Below, piece by piece: positions 1-9,606 of a stretch of 64,000 nt of DNA (positions within the stretch are counted from its first letter, which is position 1; each line of letters begins with the position of its first letter). Location: the NCBI GenBank assembly GCA_030611805.1, contig JAUWPB010000001.1, positions 24,765 through 88,764 on the forward strand, read 5' to 3'. Under the pieces are notes generated by a model. The model was not told the DNA's origin, ran no database searches, and saw nothing but the letters and a program-made list of their open reading frames with translations. Both the position numbers and the translations under genes were made by a program. Origin of the DNA: Nanobdellota archaeon (GTDB lineage Archaea; Nanobdellota; Nanobdellia; Pacearchaeales; GW2011-AR1).

Positions 1-426
1 CTCTGTTATAAATCTCCATGCAACTGGCAGATTTTTTAATTTGCCAGACGACATAAAATAATTAAAATATAAACCGCTTACAATATTTTTATCACAATTT
101 AATAATTCTTCTATGATATTTCTTGGGGGAATCACATCACAATCCATCATAAGCAAGTAATCATAATTATTTTCTAAAGCATATTCAATTATTTTATTTC
201 TACTGCTTATTAATCTCCTCATTTTATTTTTCTCAGAAACCTCATCTTTTAGGACCTGAATTCCTTTATCTTTTAGTTCATTAAAGTAATCATCTCCCTC
301 AGAATTATCTATCATCAAAAGATCATAATTAGAATAAGTCAAGTTATTTATTCTATCAAAAAATTTGTCCTGACAATATTTCATTCCTTTGTATGTTGGT
401 GACGCTACTAACACTTTAGGGTTCAT
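1..426 (-). CDS. Glycosyltransferase family 2-like protein, N-terminal part (gene continues beyond window start)
   Basis: Minus-strand ORF starting at rc-ATG 424-426: MNPKVLVASPTYKGMKYCQDKFFDRINNLTYSNYDLLMIDNSEGDDY...DYLLMMDCDVIPP; DXD-like motif typical of GT-A fold; not in ORF track because it runs off the edge. Confidence 0.45.
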   Translation of the reverse strand, partial: MNPKVLVASPTYKGMKYCQDKFFDRINNLTYSNYDLLMIDNSEGDDYFNELKDKGIQVLKDEVSEKNKMRRLISSRNKIIEYALENNYDYLLMMDCDVIPPRNIIEELLNCDKNIVSGLYFNYFMSSGKLKNLPVAWRFITE

Positions 427-502
427 AAAAAGGTAAAAATTAAATGGTATAAAAAACCTTTTATAGTATAAAAAAAGTTATAATCTATAAGGAAAAACTC
501 AA

Positions 503-1078
503 ATGAGAAAGATAATTTCAAAACAAAAACAAGGAAAAAGAAAGCAAATGATTGTTGGAATAGTTTTAATATTTGTCATGTTTGGGAGTATTTTTGGAGT
601 TATAGTTGGGTCGTTTGGAAAAAAAGATGGTGAACAAAAAGTAAATTATAATGGGTTTGATTTTGTAAAGCAAAGTGATTTTTGGTTTACCGGCAAAGGA
701 AATTTAAATTTTGTTTTTAAATATAATCCGACCGAGGTTGAGAGAATTGATTCTGAGTTAAAGTATATGGAAGATTATTATGGAAAACCGCTTTATATTT
801 TTTCAGAATACAGGGAAGCAGAAATAGAGATTTACAGGAATCTTGACCAGATTGCGCAGAGGATACAACCTGCTTGTTTTGAGCAAGAAGATGATGCAGA
901 AAAATGCGAAGAAAACTGGCCTGTTAAAACCTGCGAAGATAATTTTATTATAATTAAAGAAAGCAACATTACTAAAATAATTCAAAATAAAAGTTGTGTA
1001 TTTATACAAGGTGGGCAAGGAAATTTGACAAAAATCACTGATGCGTTTTTATTTAAGATGTTAGGTATAGCACAATAA
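503..1078 (+). CDS. Hypothetical membrane-anchored protein (N-terminal TM helix, Cys-containing ectodomain)
   Basis: ORF track; single N-terminal hydrophobic helix IVGIVLIFVMFGSIFGVIVG after basic N-terminus. Confidence 0.4.
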   Translation: MRKIISKQKQGKRKQMIVGIVLIFVMFGSIFGVIVGSFGKKDGEQKVNYNGFDFVKQSDFWFTGKGNLNFVFKYNPTEVERIDSELKYMEDYYGKPLYIFSEYREAEIEIYRNLDQIAQRIQPACFEQEDDAEKCEENWPVKTCEDNFIIIKESNITKIIQNKSCVFIQGGQGNLTKITDAFLFKMLGIAQ

Positions 1079-1109
1079 ATCTTAAAAAGGTAAAAATAAG
1101 AAATTAAAT

Positions 1110-1754
1110 ATGGAAAAAGACAAAGAATTAACATCTAAAAAAGACGTTTGTGAAGACGTCTCCTCAGCAACTAAGAAAGAGATTGAAGAGCAAAATAAAA
1201 TGTTAAGAAATATTTTTATTGGAATTGGAATATTTATATTTGTTATTCTATTGGTTGCTTTTTTTATTAATTCTGTAAGACATTTTGAATATAAAGACGT
1301 AAAATTTAAGATTGTTGAAGAGGGAGAGATTATTTTTTATAATACTGCTTTTCCAATGTTTCATTCAATGACTGGTGAACATATTGCAGATTATAATTTT
1401 TACATTAGGAATGACCCGCGAAAATTAGAGAAAGTTCCTTTTAATGGGGAACTTGTTTTATTAGATAATTTAGTAGTTAATATGACAGGGGATTTTCATT
1501 GTGATGGGAACGGCATTATTGCTATTGCAAATTTAGTAAAGCTTTATGAAATTATTGGAACAAATGTTATGAAAGATGAAAACGCAACTTGTGATTCTCA
1601 AGGAAGATATATGTTTATCCAGATACAAGAAGGGGATGAAACAAGCATAGAACAATTTGGACCAGCATGCTATAACATAAATGTTAATAATTGTGAAATT
1701 TTGGAAGCCACAGAAAGATTTATGACTGAAACTTTTGTCAATATTAATAATTAA
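1110..1754 (+). CDS. Hypothetical membrane-anchored protein (same architecture as preceding gene)
   Basis: ORF track; N-terminal TM helix IFIGIGIFIFVILLVAFFI, extracytoplasmic Cys-containing domain. Confidence 0.4.
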   Translation: MEKDKELTSKKDVCEDVSSATKKEIEEQNKMLRNIFIGIGIFIFVILLVAFFINSVRHFEYKDVKFKIVEEGEIIFYNTAFPMFHSMTGEHIADYNFYIRNDPRKLEKVPFNGELVLLDNLVVNMTGDFHCDGNGIIAIANLVKLYEIIGTNVMKDENATCDSQGRYMFIQIQEGDETSIEQFGPACYNINVNNCEILEATERFMTETFVNINN

Positions 1755-2382
1755 TCTTTGACTTCCTTCTTTTTTTTACTAATAAATAAATAAGTATTGC
1801 TATTAATGAAAATAATAAAAGAACCGCGGTTATAAGATTCATATTCCCGTTTATCCATTCAAAATTATTTCCAAAAAAGTATCCTATACAGATTAAAATA
1901 ATTGCCCACAATCCTGCGCCTAAACCAGTAAACAGGCAGAATTTAAAGAGATTCATCCTTGAGAATCCCGCCGGAACAGAAATAAACTGCCTGACTCCGA
2001 TGATAAGCCTTCCAATAAAAGTTGTTATCTCTCCGTGTTTTTTGAAATAATCGTCAGATTTCTTAAGTTTTTTCTTGTTTATAAAAAGAACTTTTCCATA
2101 TTTTGAAATTAATAAATCAATAGTTGTTCTTCCTAAAAATAATGCTAAAAAATAATTAATTAAAGCCCCAAGCAAGCTTCCAAACAACCCTGCAAGAAAA
2201 ACTAATATAAATGTCATCTCTCCTTTTGCAACCAAGACCCCTGCAGGAATTAGAATAACCTCGCTGGGAAAAGGAAAAAAAGAACTTTCAATAGTCATGC
2301 CAATAAAAATTCCTATGTAACCTAATTCTTTTATAATTAACAATAAATCCCCTATAAGCTGGTAAAATAATTCTCCTAACAT
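1744..2382 (-). CDS. DedA/SNARE-associated (TVP38/TMEM64) family membrane protein
   Basis: Motifs GYIGIFIGMTIESSFFPFPSEVILIPAG and GRLIIGVRQFISVPAGFSRM typical of the DedA family. Confidence 0.7.
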   Translation of the reverse strand: MLGELFYQLIGDLLLIIKELGYIGIFIGMTIESSFFPFPSEVILIPAGVLVAKGEMTFILVFLAGLFGSLLGALINYFLALFLGRTTIDLLISKYGKVLFINKKKLKKSDDYFKKHGEITTFIGRLIIGVRQFISVPAGFSRMNLFKFCLFTGLGAGLWAIILICIGYFFGNNFEWINGNMNLITAVLLLFSLIAILIYLLVKKRRKSKINY

Positions 2383-2972
2383 TTTAAATTGGATTTTTTA
2401 TAAAGAAATTTTATATCTGTGTAAAAAGGAATTTGTTTTATTTTAAATAATTTTACTTCTGCAAACCATATTCCAACTACAAGAACAATACTTCCCACAT
2501 ACCAGAAAATTTCATGAGCTAAAGCAAACCATGAAATTCCATAAAAAAAGATCATTGTTAAAATAATTATTCTCAAAATATTTACAATTAAAAAAGAACC
2601 AAAAGCAAAAAGAATCATTTTAATTCTCTTTTTAATATTGATGTCCGGGACAGAGAGATTTAAAATCAGCAGTAAATAATAAGCAGAACCTGCAACACAT
2701 GCATTAATCATCTGGATTAAAAAATGATTTTTTAAAATAACCAGATCTCCTATAACTAAAGTCTGAAAAAATATTTTAAGTAAAAAAGCAGTTAAATAAA
2801 TAGTTATTGGAGAAAAAATAAAATAAAAAATCCAGAGCCCTGAAAACGAAACTAATATTAAAATCAGGTACCTTATTGCGAGATGGAATAATTCTTTATG
2901 TGATTTTTTCATAATTAAAGCAGCAGAAATGTATTTAAATAATTTAATGTTTGTTAATTTATGAAAAAACAA
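2376..2972 (-). CDS. Exosortase/archaeosortase-family protein (short form)
   Basis: Polytopic membrane protein with catalytic-type Cys in INACVAGSAYY and Arg in VNILRIIIL (C...N-x-x-R spacing of EpsH/ArtA family). Confidence 0.5.
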   Translation of the reverse strand: MFFHKLTNIKLFKYISAALIMKKSHKELFHLAIRYLILILVSFSGLWIFYFIFSPITIYLTAFLLKIFFQTLVIGDLVILKNHFLIQMINACVAGSAYYLLLILNLSVPDINIKKRIKMILFAFGSFLIVNILRIIILTMIFFYGISWFALAHEIFWYVGSIVLVVGIWFAEVKLFKIKQIPFYTDIKFLYKKSNLKC

Positions 2973-3578
2973 AAACTAATTGTTATAAGCATGTTATTTG
3001 TGATTTCAATCTTCATAAGTTTATATTTTGATTCTCAGATTGTTAAAGGAGTTTCTTTGCTGAGAAATAATTTTCTTAATGAATGTTTTATGGGAATAAC
3101 TTTTGTGAGTTCAGGAATAATAATTTTCTTTTTTTTGACAAGTTTATTTTTATGGCAAGGGCACAAAAGAAAATGGATATTGCCTTTATGGTTTACTCTT
3201 GGTCTGTCAGTAATTGTTAGTTTTTTATTAAAATTTTCTGTGCAAAGACCAAGACCTTTCCAGTTAGGAATTGTTTTTATCATGCCTGTGCTGGAAAAGA
3301 GCAGTCATTTAATCTGGAATTTTTCTTTTCCTTCATTTCAGGCAATGCTGGCTTTTTGTGCTGTTCCTATTTTATCAAAAGAATTTCCTAAATTCAAATA
3401 TGTCTGGATTGTTTTTGCTTCATTCATGGCATTCTCGAGGGTTTATTTTGGACTGCATTTTCTAAGTGATGTGATTGCCGGAGGTTTGATAGGGTATTTG
3501 TTAGGATGGTTTGTAGTTAAAACCGAAAAAGAAAATAAATTTTGGGGAAGGATTTGGAAAAAGGTTTTTAGAAAGTGA
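2961..3578 (+). CDS. PAP2 (type 2 phosphatidic acid phosphatase) family membrane protein
   Basis: KFSVQRPRP (KxxxxxxRP), SFPSFQA (PSGH-like, His replaced by Gln), SRVYFGLHFLSD (SRxxxxxHxxxD). Confidence 0.6.
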   Translation: MKKQKLIVISMLFVISIFISLYFDSQIVKGVSLLRNNFLNECFMGITFVSSGIIIFFFLTSLFLWQGHKRKWILPLWFTLGLSVIVSFLLKFSVQRPRPFQLGIVFIMPVLEKSSHLIWNFSFPSFQAMLAFCAVPILSKEFPKFKYVWIVFASFMAFSRVYFGLHFLSDVIAGGLIGYLLGWFVVKTEKENKFWGRIWKKVFRK

Positions 3579-3657
3579 TTATTATTTCAAATTATAAACC
3601 AATGTTAATTTATCCACTGCAAAGGAAAAGGGTAATTTAATTTAAAAAGTGTTTTGT

Positions 3658-4695
3658 TTAGCCATTTGTTATACCAAAATCCTTCAAATTTTGTTTTAAT
3701 GAATTTATTAAAAATTTAAAGATTAAAGAATAATTTTCGTCATTTGCTTTTCTTACAGCTTGTAAATATTTTTGTCTCTGTCTATTGTAAATGTTAATCC
3801 AGGGGTAATCTCTTTTTGATAATAAAAAATTCATAATTAGTCTTGATACTCTTCCATTGCCATCTAAAAAAGGATGGATTGTTACTAATTTCATTGAGAC
3901 AACTGTTGCTAATTCAAACTGATGGAATTTATTTTTATTTTCTTTATACCAATAAATTAAATTCTTGACTAATTGAGGGACTTTTTCTGAGGAAGGGAAT
4001 TTTATATCAACTCCAAAAACTCTTATCGATGTTTCCCGATATTTTCCTGAGAATCTTCCTAAAATATTTTTTGTAATTATATTGTGCAATTTTAATATAA
4101 GTTCTTCATTTAAATCCCCTTTATAATCTTGTAAAAACTTTAATGCTTCAAAATGATTTTTTGCTTCGTAAATCTCCCTTAGAGTTGCTCCTTCAGGAAT
4201 AATCCCTTTATCAAGCACCATGGAAGTTTCCTGCAAAGACAAAGTGTTTCCTTCAATTGCATTACTATTATATGTTAGTTCTGTAAAAAATGTATTTTGA
4301 AATCTTTCATACTCTTCTTTTTTTAATTCTTTAATCTTTTTATTATAATTCTCTTTTAGATTCTCTATTTCTGCAACATCTTTGTTTTTTAAATATTCAT
4401 ATTTTTTATCCATTAATAGAAACTTTTCGAATTTCTTCTTTAAAATTGAAATCTTTCTCTTGCTAATCTCTCCACTTCCGATAAACTTTGATTTCTTTAT
4501 CCATTTCCCCCTCTCTCTTTTATTATGAATCAGATAATGTTTTTTCCCATTTACTTCCCTAACTTCGTGATAGACCATGAGACATTGGGTGGGCACATAT
4601 TTATAAATCTTTCTATTTGTGCCCATATATAAATTAGAGAAAGAAAATAAGTTTGGCGAGAGGATTTGGGGAAAAAGAACAAATACCGAAAACAA
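3658..4695 (-). CDS. Fic/DOC family protein (AMPylator-type motif)
   Basis: Canonical Fic motif HPFLDGNGRVSR; true start probably internal (MGTNRK... or later). Confidence 0.75.
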   Translation of the reverse strand: MFSVFVLFPQILSPNLFSFSNLYMGTNRKIYKYVPTQCLMVYHEVREVNGKKHYLIHNKRERGKWIKKSKFIGSGEISKRKISILKKKFEKFLLMDKKYEYLKNKDVAEIENLKENYNKKIKELKKEEYERFQNTFFTELTYNSNAIEGNTLSLQETSMVLDKGIIPEGATLREIYEAKNHFEALKFLQDYKGDLNEELILKLHNIITKNILGRFSGKYRETSIRVFGVDIKFPSSEKVPQLVKNLIYWYKENKNKFHQFELATVVSMKLVTIHPFLDGNGRVSRLIMNFLLSKRDYPWINIYNRQRQKYLQAVRKANDENYSLIFKFLINSLKQNLKDFGITNG

Positions 4696-4716
4696 TAAAA
4701 AGGAGCGAACACATCG

Positions 4717-4920
4717 TTGAATATGGAAAATGCATGCTTAAACCAGATAAATAATAATATAGAAATTTTGAAACAGATGGTATTTGAAATAAAAGAGAAC
4801 ATGGATTCAGGCATTATACTAAATTCAAATGATATTAAAGTATTGGAAGCATATGAAAAAGAAAAAAAAGAAGGAAGCCTGACATCTCATGAACATCTTA
4901 AAAAAGAATTAGGTTTATAA
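4717..4920 (+). CDS. Putative antitoxin of RelE/ParE-type toxin-antitoxin pair
   Basis: 67-aa acidic protein immediately upstream of RelE-like gene, stop/start overlap ATAATG at 4917-4922. Confidence 0.4.
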   Translation: MNMENACLNQINNNIEILKQMVFEIKENMDSGIILNSNDIKVLEAYEKEKKEGSLTSHEHLKKELGL

Positions 4921-5171
4921 TGTTCAGAGTAAAATATTCTAATCAAGCTAAAAAATTTCTTAAAAAAATAGATAAAGTTTTAGCTAAAAGAATTTTGGAT
5001 AAAATTGAAATACTCCAGAGAAACCCTTTTATCTCAGACTCTAAAAAGATGGGAGGAAAAAAATTATTCAAGACGCGAATAGGGAAATATAGAATTTTAT
5101 ATGAAATTGATTATGGGCTAAATATGATGGGTATTATAAAAATAGATAAGAGAAGCCGAGTTTATAGATAA
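4920..5171 (+). CDS. RelE/ParE-family toxin (type II TA)
   Basis: 83 aa, KYSNQAKKFLKKIDK...GKYRILYEIDYGLNMMGIIKIDKRSRVY resembles RelE/StbE plasmid stabilisation toxins. Confidence 0.6.
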   Translation: MFRVKYSNQAKKFLKKIDKVLAKRILDKIEILQRNPFISDSKKMGGKKLFKTRIGKYRILYEIDYGLNMMGIIKIDKRSRVYR

Positions 5172-5227
5172 TTTAAATTAAAGTTTAGTTGGAAAAAGGT
5201 TTTTAGAAAGTGATTAGTTAAAAAAAA

Positions 5228-5464
5228 TCATGCTGAAACTTTATATGGACAAACTCCATTCTCTCTAATTTCAAATTCCTGCTGAGCCAAATTACAATAA
5301 ATAGGTCCTTTTCTATGTCTACAAAAAACCTTAGAGAGCCCATTTTCATAGATAGTTACAATTATTGATTCTTCTTTATCTTTAGTTAATAAATGTTCCC
5401 CCCTTCTATCTATCCCTTTACACTTTAACTTAAATGCTCCAATTACTTTTTCTGTTAATACCAT
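5228..5464 (-). CDS. Hypothetical small Cys-containing protein
   Basis: ORF track; 4-nt gap to upstream 84-aa gene, possible two-gene module. Confidence 0.3.
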   Translation of the reverse strand: MVLTEKVIGAFKLKCKGIDRRGEHLLTKDKEESIIVTIYENGLSKVFCRHRKGPIYCNLAQQEFEIRENGVCPYKVSA

Positions 5465-5468
5465 TTTA

Positions 5469-5723
5469 TTATTTCAAATTATAAACCAACATTAATCTAT
5501 CAATGCAATTTTTAAAAAGAGGTTGATTTTTCAGCCCTTCGACTTCTTCTACTTTGGCAATCAAATCCCGGATTTCTCCCTGAGCATTATTTAATCCCCC
5601 TTCAACACCATGATTTCTTGCCTGAATAAATGCTCCAGCCCCATCTTCATATAATTGAAGAGAATGATATAATGTGCAAACAGTGGTTACGAAATCTTTT
5701 TGGGGGTGAATTTTCTCACTCAT
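5469..5723 (-). CDS. Hypothetical small protein
   Basis: ORF track; compact pair with 5228..5464. Confidence 0.3.
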   Translation of the reverse strand: MSEKIHPQKDFVTTVCTLYHSLQLYEDGAGAFIQARNHGVEGGLNNAQGEIRDLIAKVEEVEGLKNQPLFKNCIDRLMLVYNLK

Positions 5724-5724
5724 C

Positions 5725-7743
5725 TTATTGTTTAGAAACTCTCATAGCTACAACTATTATAATTAGTATTAAAAGTATGTTCAATGCTCCGATTGCCCAC
5801 AAGTACCAGTTTCCTTCAGAGATTACATTGCCTGTGATGCCTGCGAATCCATCTGATGCTATTGATTCTATTGAAACTGAAACAGGTTGTTTAATTTCTT
5901 CTCCGCCAGCTGGTGTTACTAAAATATTAAATGATTTTTCTCCTGAAGCTTCCTTGTCTACATTAAATATGATTAAAACTTCTTTTGATTCTCCTGCACC
6001 CAGGATAAATATGCTTGGTTCAATTGTCGGTGAAGATGCCCAGTCTGAATATTCTTCTGCGTTTACTTCATAAGTAACTAACGAACTTCCTGTGTTTGTG
6101 ACTGTTGTTGTAATTACTAATTCTTCTCCTGCTTGTCCGCCAGATTCTAAACTTGCAGAAACCATAGTAGTTTGTTCAACTAAACAACCGCCTTCTACTT
6201 TAAGATAAACATGAAAAATTGCTTCGTCATCTTCTGAATTCTCATAGACATCATTAGATAAAAGATCCTCGTCATCATACACAGTAAACTTAACGGCATA
6301 CCATGCTTCATCCATGTCTTCGGGAATATTAAAAGTAAATTCTATTTTTTCGTTATCCAAAGCACTTATATCTTCTACATCTATTATCTTATTAATTTTT
6401 AAATCACTATTATAAACCAAAATATAAAGTTCGTCTTCATCTATTTTATCATCACCAATATTCCAAGCATCAAATGAGATTGTTACTTCTGCTCCACATT
6501 GAACAATTTCCGGGAATTTAAAGTCATCCAATATAATAAAGTTTTCATCTGTTCTTATTTCTATTTCTTTTGAATCTGAAGCACATGTTTTTTCTCCGTC
6601 AGTTCCTTCTGGTGCCTCATTATCATCTATTTTACCTGTAGCTTTAATATATAATTCATAATTATTATTATCTTTGTTTAAGTCATCTGGGTCTATTTTG
6701 AAATTAATTAAAATTGTTTGCTCATCATCTTCTCCTCTTTTTTCAAGGTCAAAATCATTAGTATCAATAGACATGTCGTCTTCGTCCATTACACAAGTTC
6801 CTTCTTTTACATCAAGCAAGCATATCTGAATTTCAATATCCTCAATTTCCCAAATTCCTTCATTTTCAACTTCTATTTCAATTTCAATTTCATCAAGAGG
6901 ATACCAGTATTCTTCATCGTCTCCAAATCCTTCTTTAACATTAATATCTTTTATTTCAATATCTAACTCCCCAGGGTTTTGACAATCTTCACAAAATGGA
7001 TTTTCAAAACTAACTATTCCTGTAGAAGAAGTGCCATCACTTGCAGTTGCTGTAATTGTAACTTGATTTTCTCCAACTTTTAAATCATCTAAATCAGTTG
7101 TCCTTGTAACTTCAACATCTTGTGTTGCTCCTGCAGCTAAAGTGAAAGGTCCAGAAGGATTAAAAGAAACATCAAAATCTCCTGATTGAGTTAATGTAAT
7201 ATCTGATAAAGGAGTATTCCCCTCATTTTTTATTGTAATAGTTGTTGAATTTTCCCATTCAGGAATTGTTGAGGGAGAGACTGAGAGTTCATATGAATCT
7301 AAAATTGAGACTGAGAAAGCAAGAGTTTCATTAGTTGCAATCGCAGTATCTCCTACATTAATATTTCCTGTAATCGTCCCTGTTTGATATTTATCAAAAG
7401 AAATTGTAGCAGTAATAACTTCTGTTGTTGGTTCTTCTGGAGCTCCTAAAGCAATATAAAAATCATCAAAAGAGAAAGTTAATCCTGTGTGTGAAGAAGT
7501 AAAATTAAATAAATCCCAATATAAATCTCCTGCTATACCAACATTAGTTAAATCAAAAACAATATCAAACGAACCTGCATCGTGAGTAGTATTTTCAGGA
7601 ATAGTATATTCTGTGATGGGGTCTAAATCAACAGCACTAACTGCATTTATAAGAATTACGAAAATTAAAACACCTAAACCGAACAAACTGAATATTTTGG
7701 ATTTCATTTGTGTCATTTCGGAGTTGCGATGGTTTATAAGCAT
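5725..7743 (-). CDS. Large acidic secreted cell-surface protein with C-terminal TM helix + basic tail (possible sortase-type anchoring signal)
   Basis: N-terminal signal peptide (SKIFSLFGLGVLIFVILINAVSAVD), very D/E-rich repeats, C-terminus WYLWAIGALNILLILIIIVVAMRVSKQ. Confidence 0.5.
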   Translation of the reverse strand: MLINHRNSEMTQMKSKIFSLFGLGVLIFVILINAVSAVDLDPITEYTIPENTTHDAGSFDIVFDLTNVGIAGDLYWDLFNFTSSHTGLTFSFDDFYIALGAPEEPTTEVITATISFDKYQTGTITGNINVGDTAIATNETLAFSVSILDSYELSVSPSTIPEWENSTTITIKNEGNTPLSDITLTQSGDFDVSFNPSGPFTLAAGATQDVEVTRTTDLDDLKVGENQVTITATASDGTSSTGIVSFENPFCEDCQNPGELDIEIKDINVKEGFGDDEEYWYPLDEIEIEIEVENEGIWEIEDIEIQICLLDVKEGTCVMDEDDMSIDTNDFDLEKRGEDDEQTILINFKIDPDDLNKDNNNYELYIKATGKIDDNEAPEGTDGEKTCASDSKEIEIRTDENFIILDDFKFPEIVQCGAEVTISFDAWNIGDDKIDEDELYILVYNSDLKINKIIDVEDISALDNEKIEFTFNIPEDMDEAWYAVKFTVYDDEDLLSNDVYENSEDDEAIFHVYLKVEGGCLVEQTTMVSASLESGGQAGEELVITTTVTNTGSSLVTYEVNAEEYSDWASSPTIEPSIFILGAGESKEVLIIFNVDKEASGEKSFNILVTPAGGEEIKQPVSVSIESIASDGFAGITGNVISEGNWYLWAIGALNILLILIIIVVAMRVSKQ

Positions 7744-7785
7744 TTCTATTCTGAAAAAGATAGTTTAAATTAAGAATTTTTAGAA

Positions 7786-8667
7786 TTATTCTTTGCCCTC
7801 TCTTAATCTCATTAGTTCTTTCTCGTCTTCTATAATTTTCTTTTTAGCTTGTTTAATTTTATCCTGATTTTTTATTTTCCTTATATCTTCCTGAGCTTCT
7901 TTTATCTTTTCTTCTGCGTCTTCTATAATTTCTTTATTATCTTTAATCTTTTCTTTTTTCTCAGCCCCAAAGTCATTTAATTTTTGCCCTTTGTTAAAAT
8001 TTTTTTCTAAAATTTTTCGGGGTACGCCTGTGGTGTTAATCCCTTCTTTTGTGTCTAATTTTTTTCTCATTGTTTTTATAGCAAAGAACCCGATTAATAA
8101 AACAAGTATGCCTATAGTATAATAAATTGTTTTCTTTGTAAAAAACCCTTTGTCTCCAAAAATTGCAGAACCAGCAAGTTGAACATAAGTTTGTTGAGAA
8201 GTTGTGGAAACAACTTCGCTCGCCTCTTCAGATTCCATAAAAACTTCTGATTCATTTTCATCAGATGTTATGTTCCCTATTGTTTCATTTAGTGATTCTT
8301 CTGAAACATTTTCTACAGGTGTTTCAATAAACTCAAACCATGCCGGAGCTAATTCAAGGTAAACTGGTGTTCCAACAATAAAATTCTCTGTGTATTTTTT
8401 AAAAACAATTTTTTCCCCATCTTTTTTAACAAATAAAATTAAACCAAATTTAGCTTTATCAGAAGAATAAACAAAAGTGATGTCGCCATATTCATCAGAA
8501 TTATTTTTAAAACTTTCCAAAACTGATGAACTGGAAGCAGCGTATAAAATAGTGAGTTGCACTTCATGGTCTGGCAGTGTTTTAACTTTGATCTCAGTAT
8601 CAACTGCACTTACAATCTGCATTAATAAGAAGAATGTAACCAAACAAAAAACTAATTTTTTCACCAT
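7786..8667 (-). CDS. Secreted/membrane protein with signal peptide, single TM and K/E-rich cytoplasmic coiled tail
   Basis: MVKKLVFCLVTFFLLMQIVSAVD signal; TM IYYTIGILVLLIGFFAI; C-terminal KEKIKDNKEIIEDAEEKIKEAQEDIRKIK. Confidence 0.4.
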   Translation of the reverse strand: MVKKLVFCLVTFFLLMQIVSAVDTEIKVKTLPDHEVQLTILYAASSSSVLESFKNNSDEYGDITFVYSSDKAKFGLILFVKKDGEKIVFKKYTENFIVGTPVYLELAPAWFEFIETPVENVSEESLNETIGNITSDENESEVFMESEEASEVVSTTSQQTYVQLAGSAIFGDKGFFTKKTIYYTIGILVLLIGFFAIKTMRKKLDTKEGINTTGVPRKILEKNFNKGQKLNDFGAEKKEKIKDNKEIIEDAEEKIKEAQEDIRKIKNQDKIKQAKKKIIEDEKELMRLREGKE

Positions 8668-8777
8668 CTTTACTTTTTATAAATATTAAGAATTTATAAA
8701 CTTTTTTGTGTTGAAAGATAATAATAAATAGGGTTGCAAAACATTTATATAATTTAAAATCCTGTTTATTTAAGAAA

Positions 8778-9170
8778 ATGGTGATTAAATCTAAGGAAAA
8801 TTCTATGGGGGCGTGGGCATTTTTAGCAGGAGTCATACTTGCAGTAATGATAGGGGCAAGTGCATCTTCTTTTCTTTCAATTGATTCTATTATGAAATAC
8901 AGCACTCAGATTTATGCGATATTAGTTTTGCTTGGATTGTTTGTTGGATTTTCTATTAAAGTAGCAGGAAAAGATGCCCAAACATTCTTAATCACCGGAG
9001 CTATTTTAGTTATTGTCAGCAGATTTGGTATGGAAAGTGTTACTGGTTCATTAATCGGAATCGGAATCGGCGATGTGGTTTCATCAACATTTGCTGCATT
9101 GTTAGCATTATTTGTGCCTGCAACAATAATTGTAGCATTAAAATCAGTATTCTCAATTACTAAAATTTAA
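8778..9170 (+). CDS. Hypothetical polytopic membrane protein
   Basis: ORF track; 3-4 predicted TM helices. Confidence 0.35.
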   Translation: MVIKSKENSMGAWAFLAGVILAVMIGASASSFLSIDSIMKYSTQIYAILVLLGLFVGFSIKVAGKDAQTFLITGAILVIVSRFGMESVTGSLIGIGIGDVVSSTFAALLALFVPATIIVALKSVFSITKI

Positions 9171-9185
9171 TTTATCTTAACAAGA

Positions 9186-9584
9186 TTACTTGGAGTTTGA
9201 TTTTAATTTTTTTATTATATCTTCCTTGTTTTTTACTCTAATAATGTTCTTCTCATAATCTTTTGGAAATACTTTTGTTTTTTTAATTGGTTTTAATTTC
9301 TCTTCTGAAGCATATTGCCCTCTATGTCCTTTAATTGGGTTTTTTACCTCAACTTCATAAACATAACTTTCTTTTGGTTTTAAGTTTCCTAAAATTACTA
9401 ATTTATTTTTAGATACTCCAAAAGCAGTTTCTCCTTTTAGTGTTTTTCCAATTGCATATAGTGAAGAATGAAGAAATGTCTTAGTTAGAAAAACTCCTTT
9501 TATGTTTTCAAATTCGTTCATTCCTTTTGCTTGTTGAGGTTTTAATAAATCAAGCTTGTGTGGTGAACCATGATATAGTTTCAT
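9186..9584 (-). CDS. Hypothetical protein
   Basis: ORF track only. Confidence 0.3.
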   Translation of the reverse strand: MKLYHGSPHKLDLLKPQQAKGMNEFENIKGVFLTKTFLHSSLYAIGKTLKGETAFGVSKNKLVILGNLKPKESYVYEVEVKNPIKGHRGQYASEEKLKPIKKTKVFPKDYEKNIIRVKNKEDIIKKLKSNSK

Positions 9585-9606
9585 AATTAAAACAAAGGTT
9601 ACTCAC

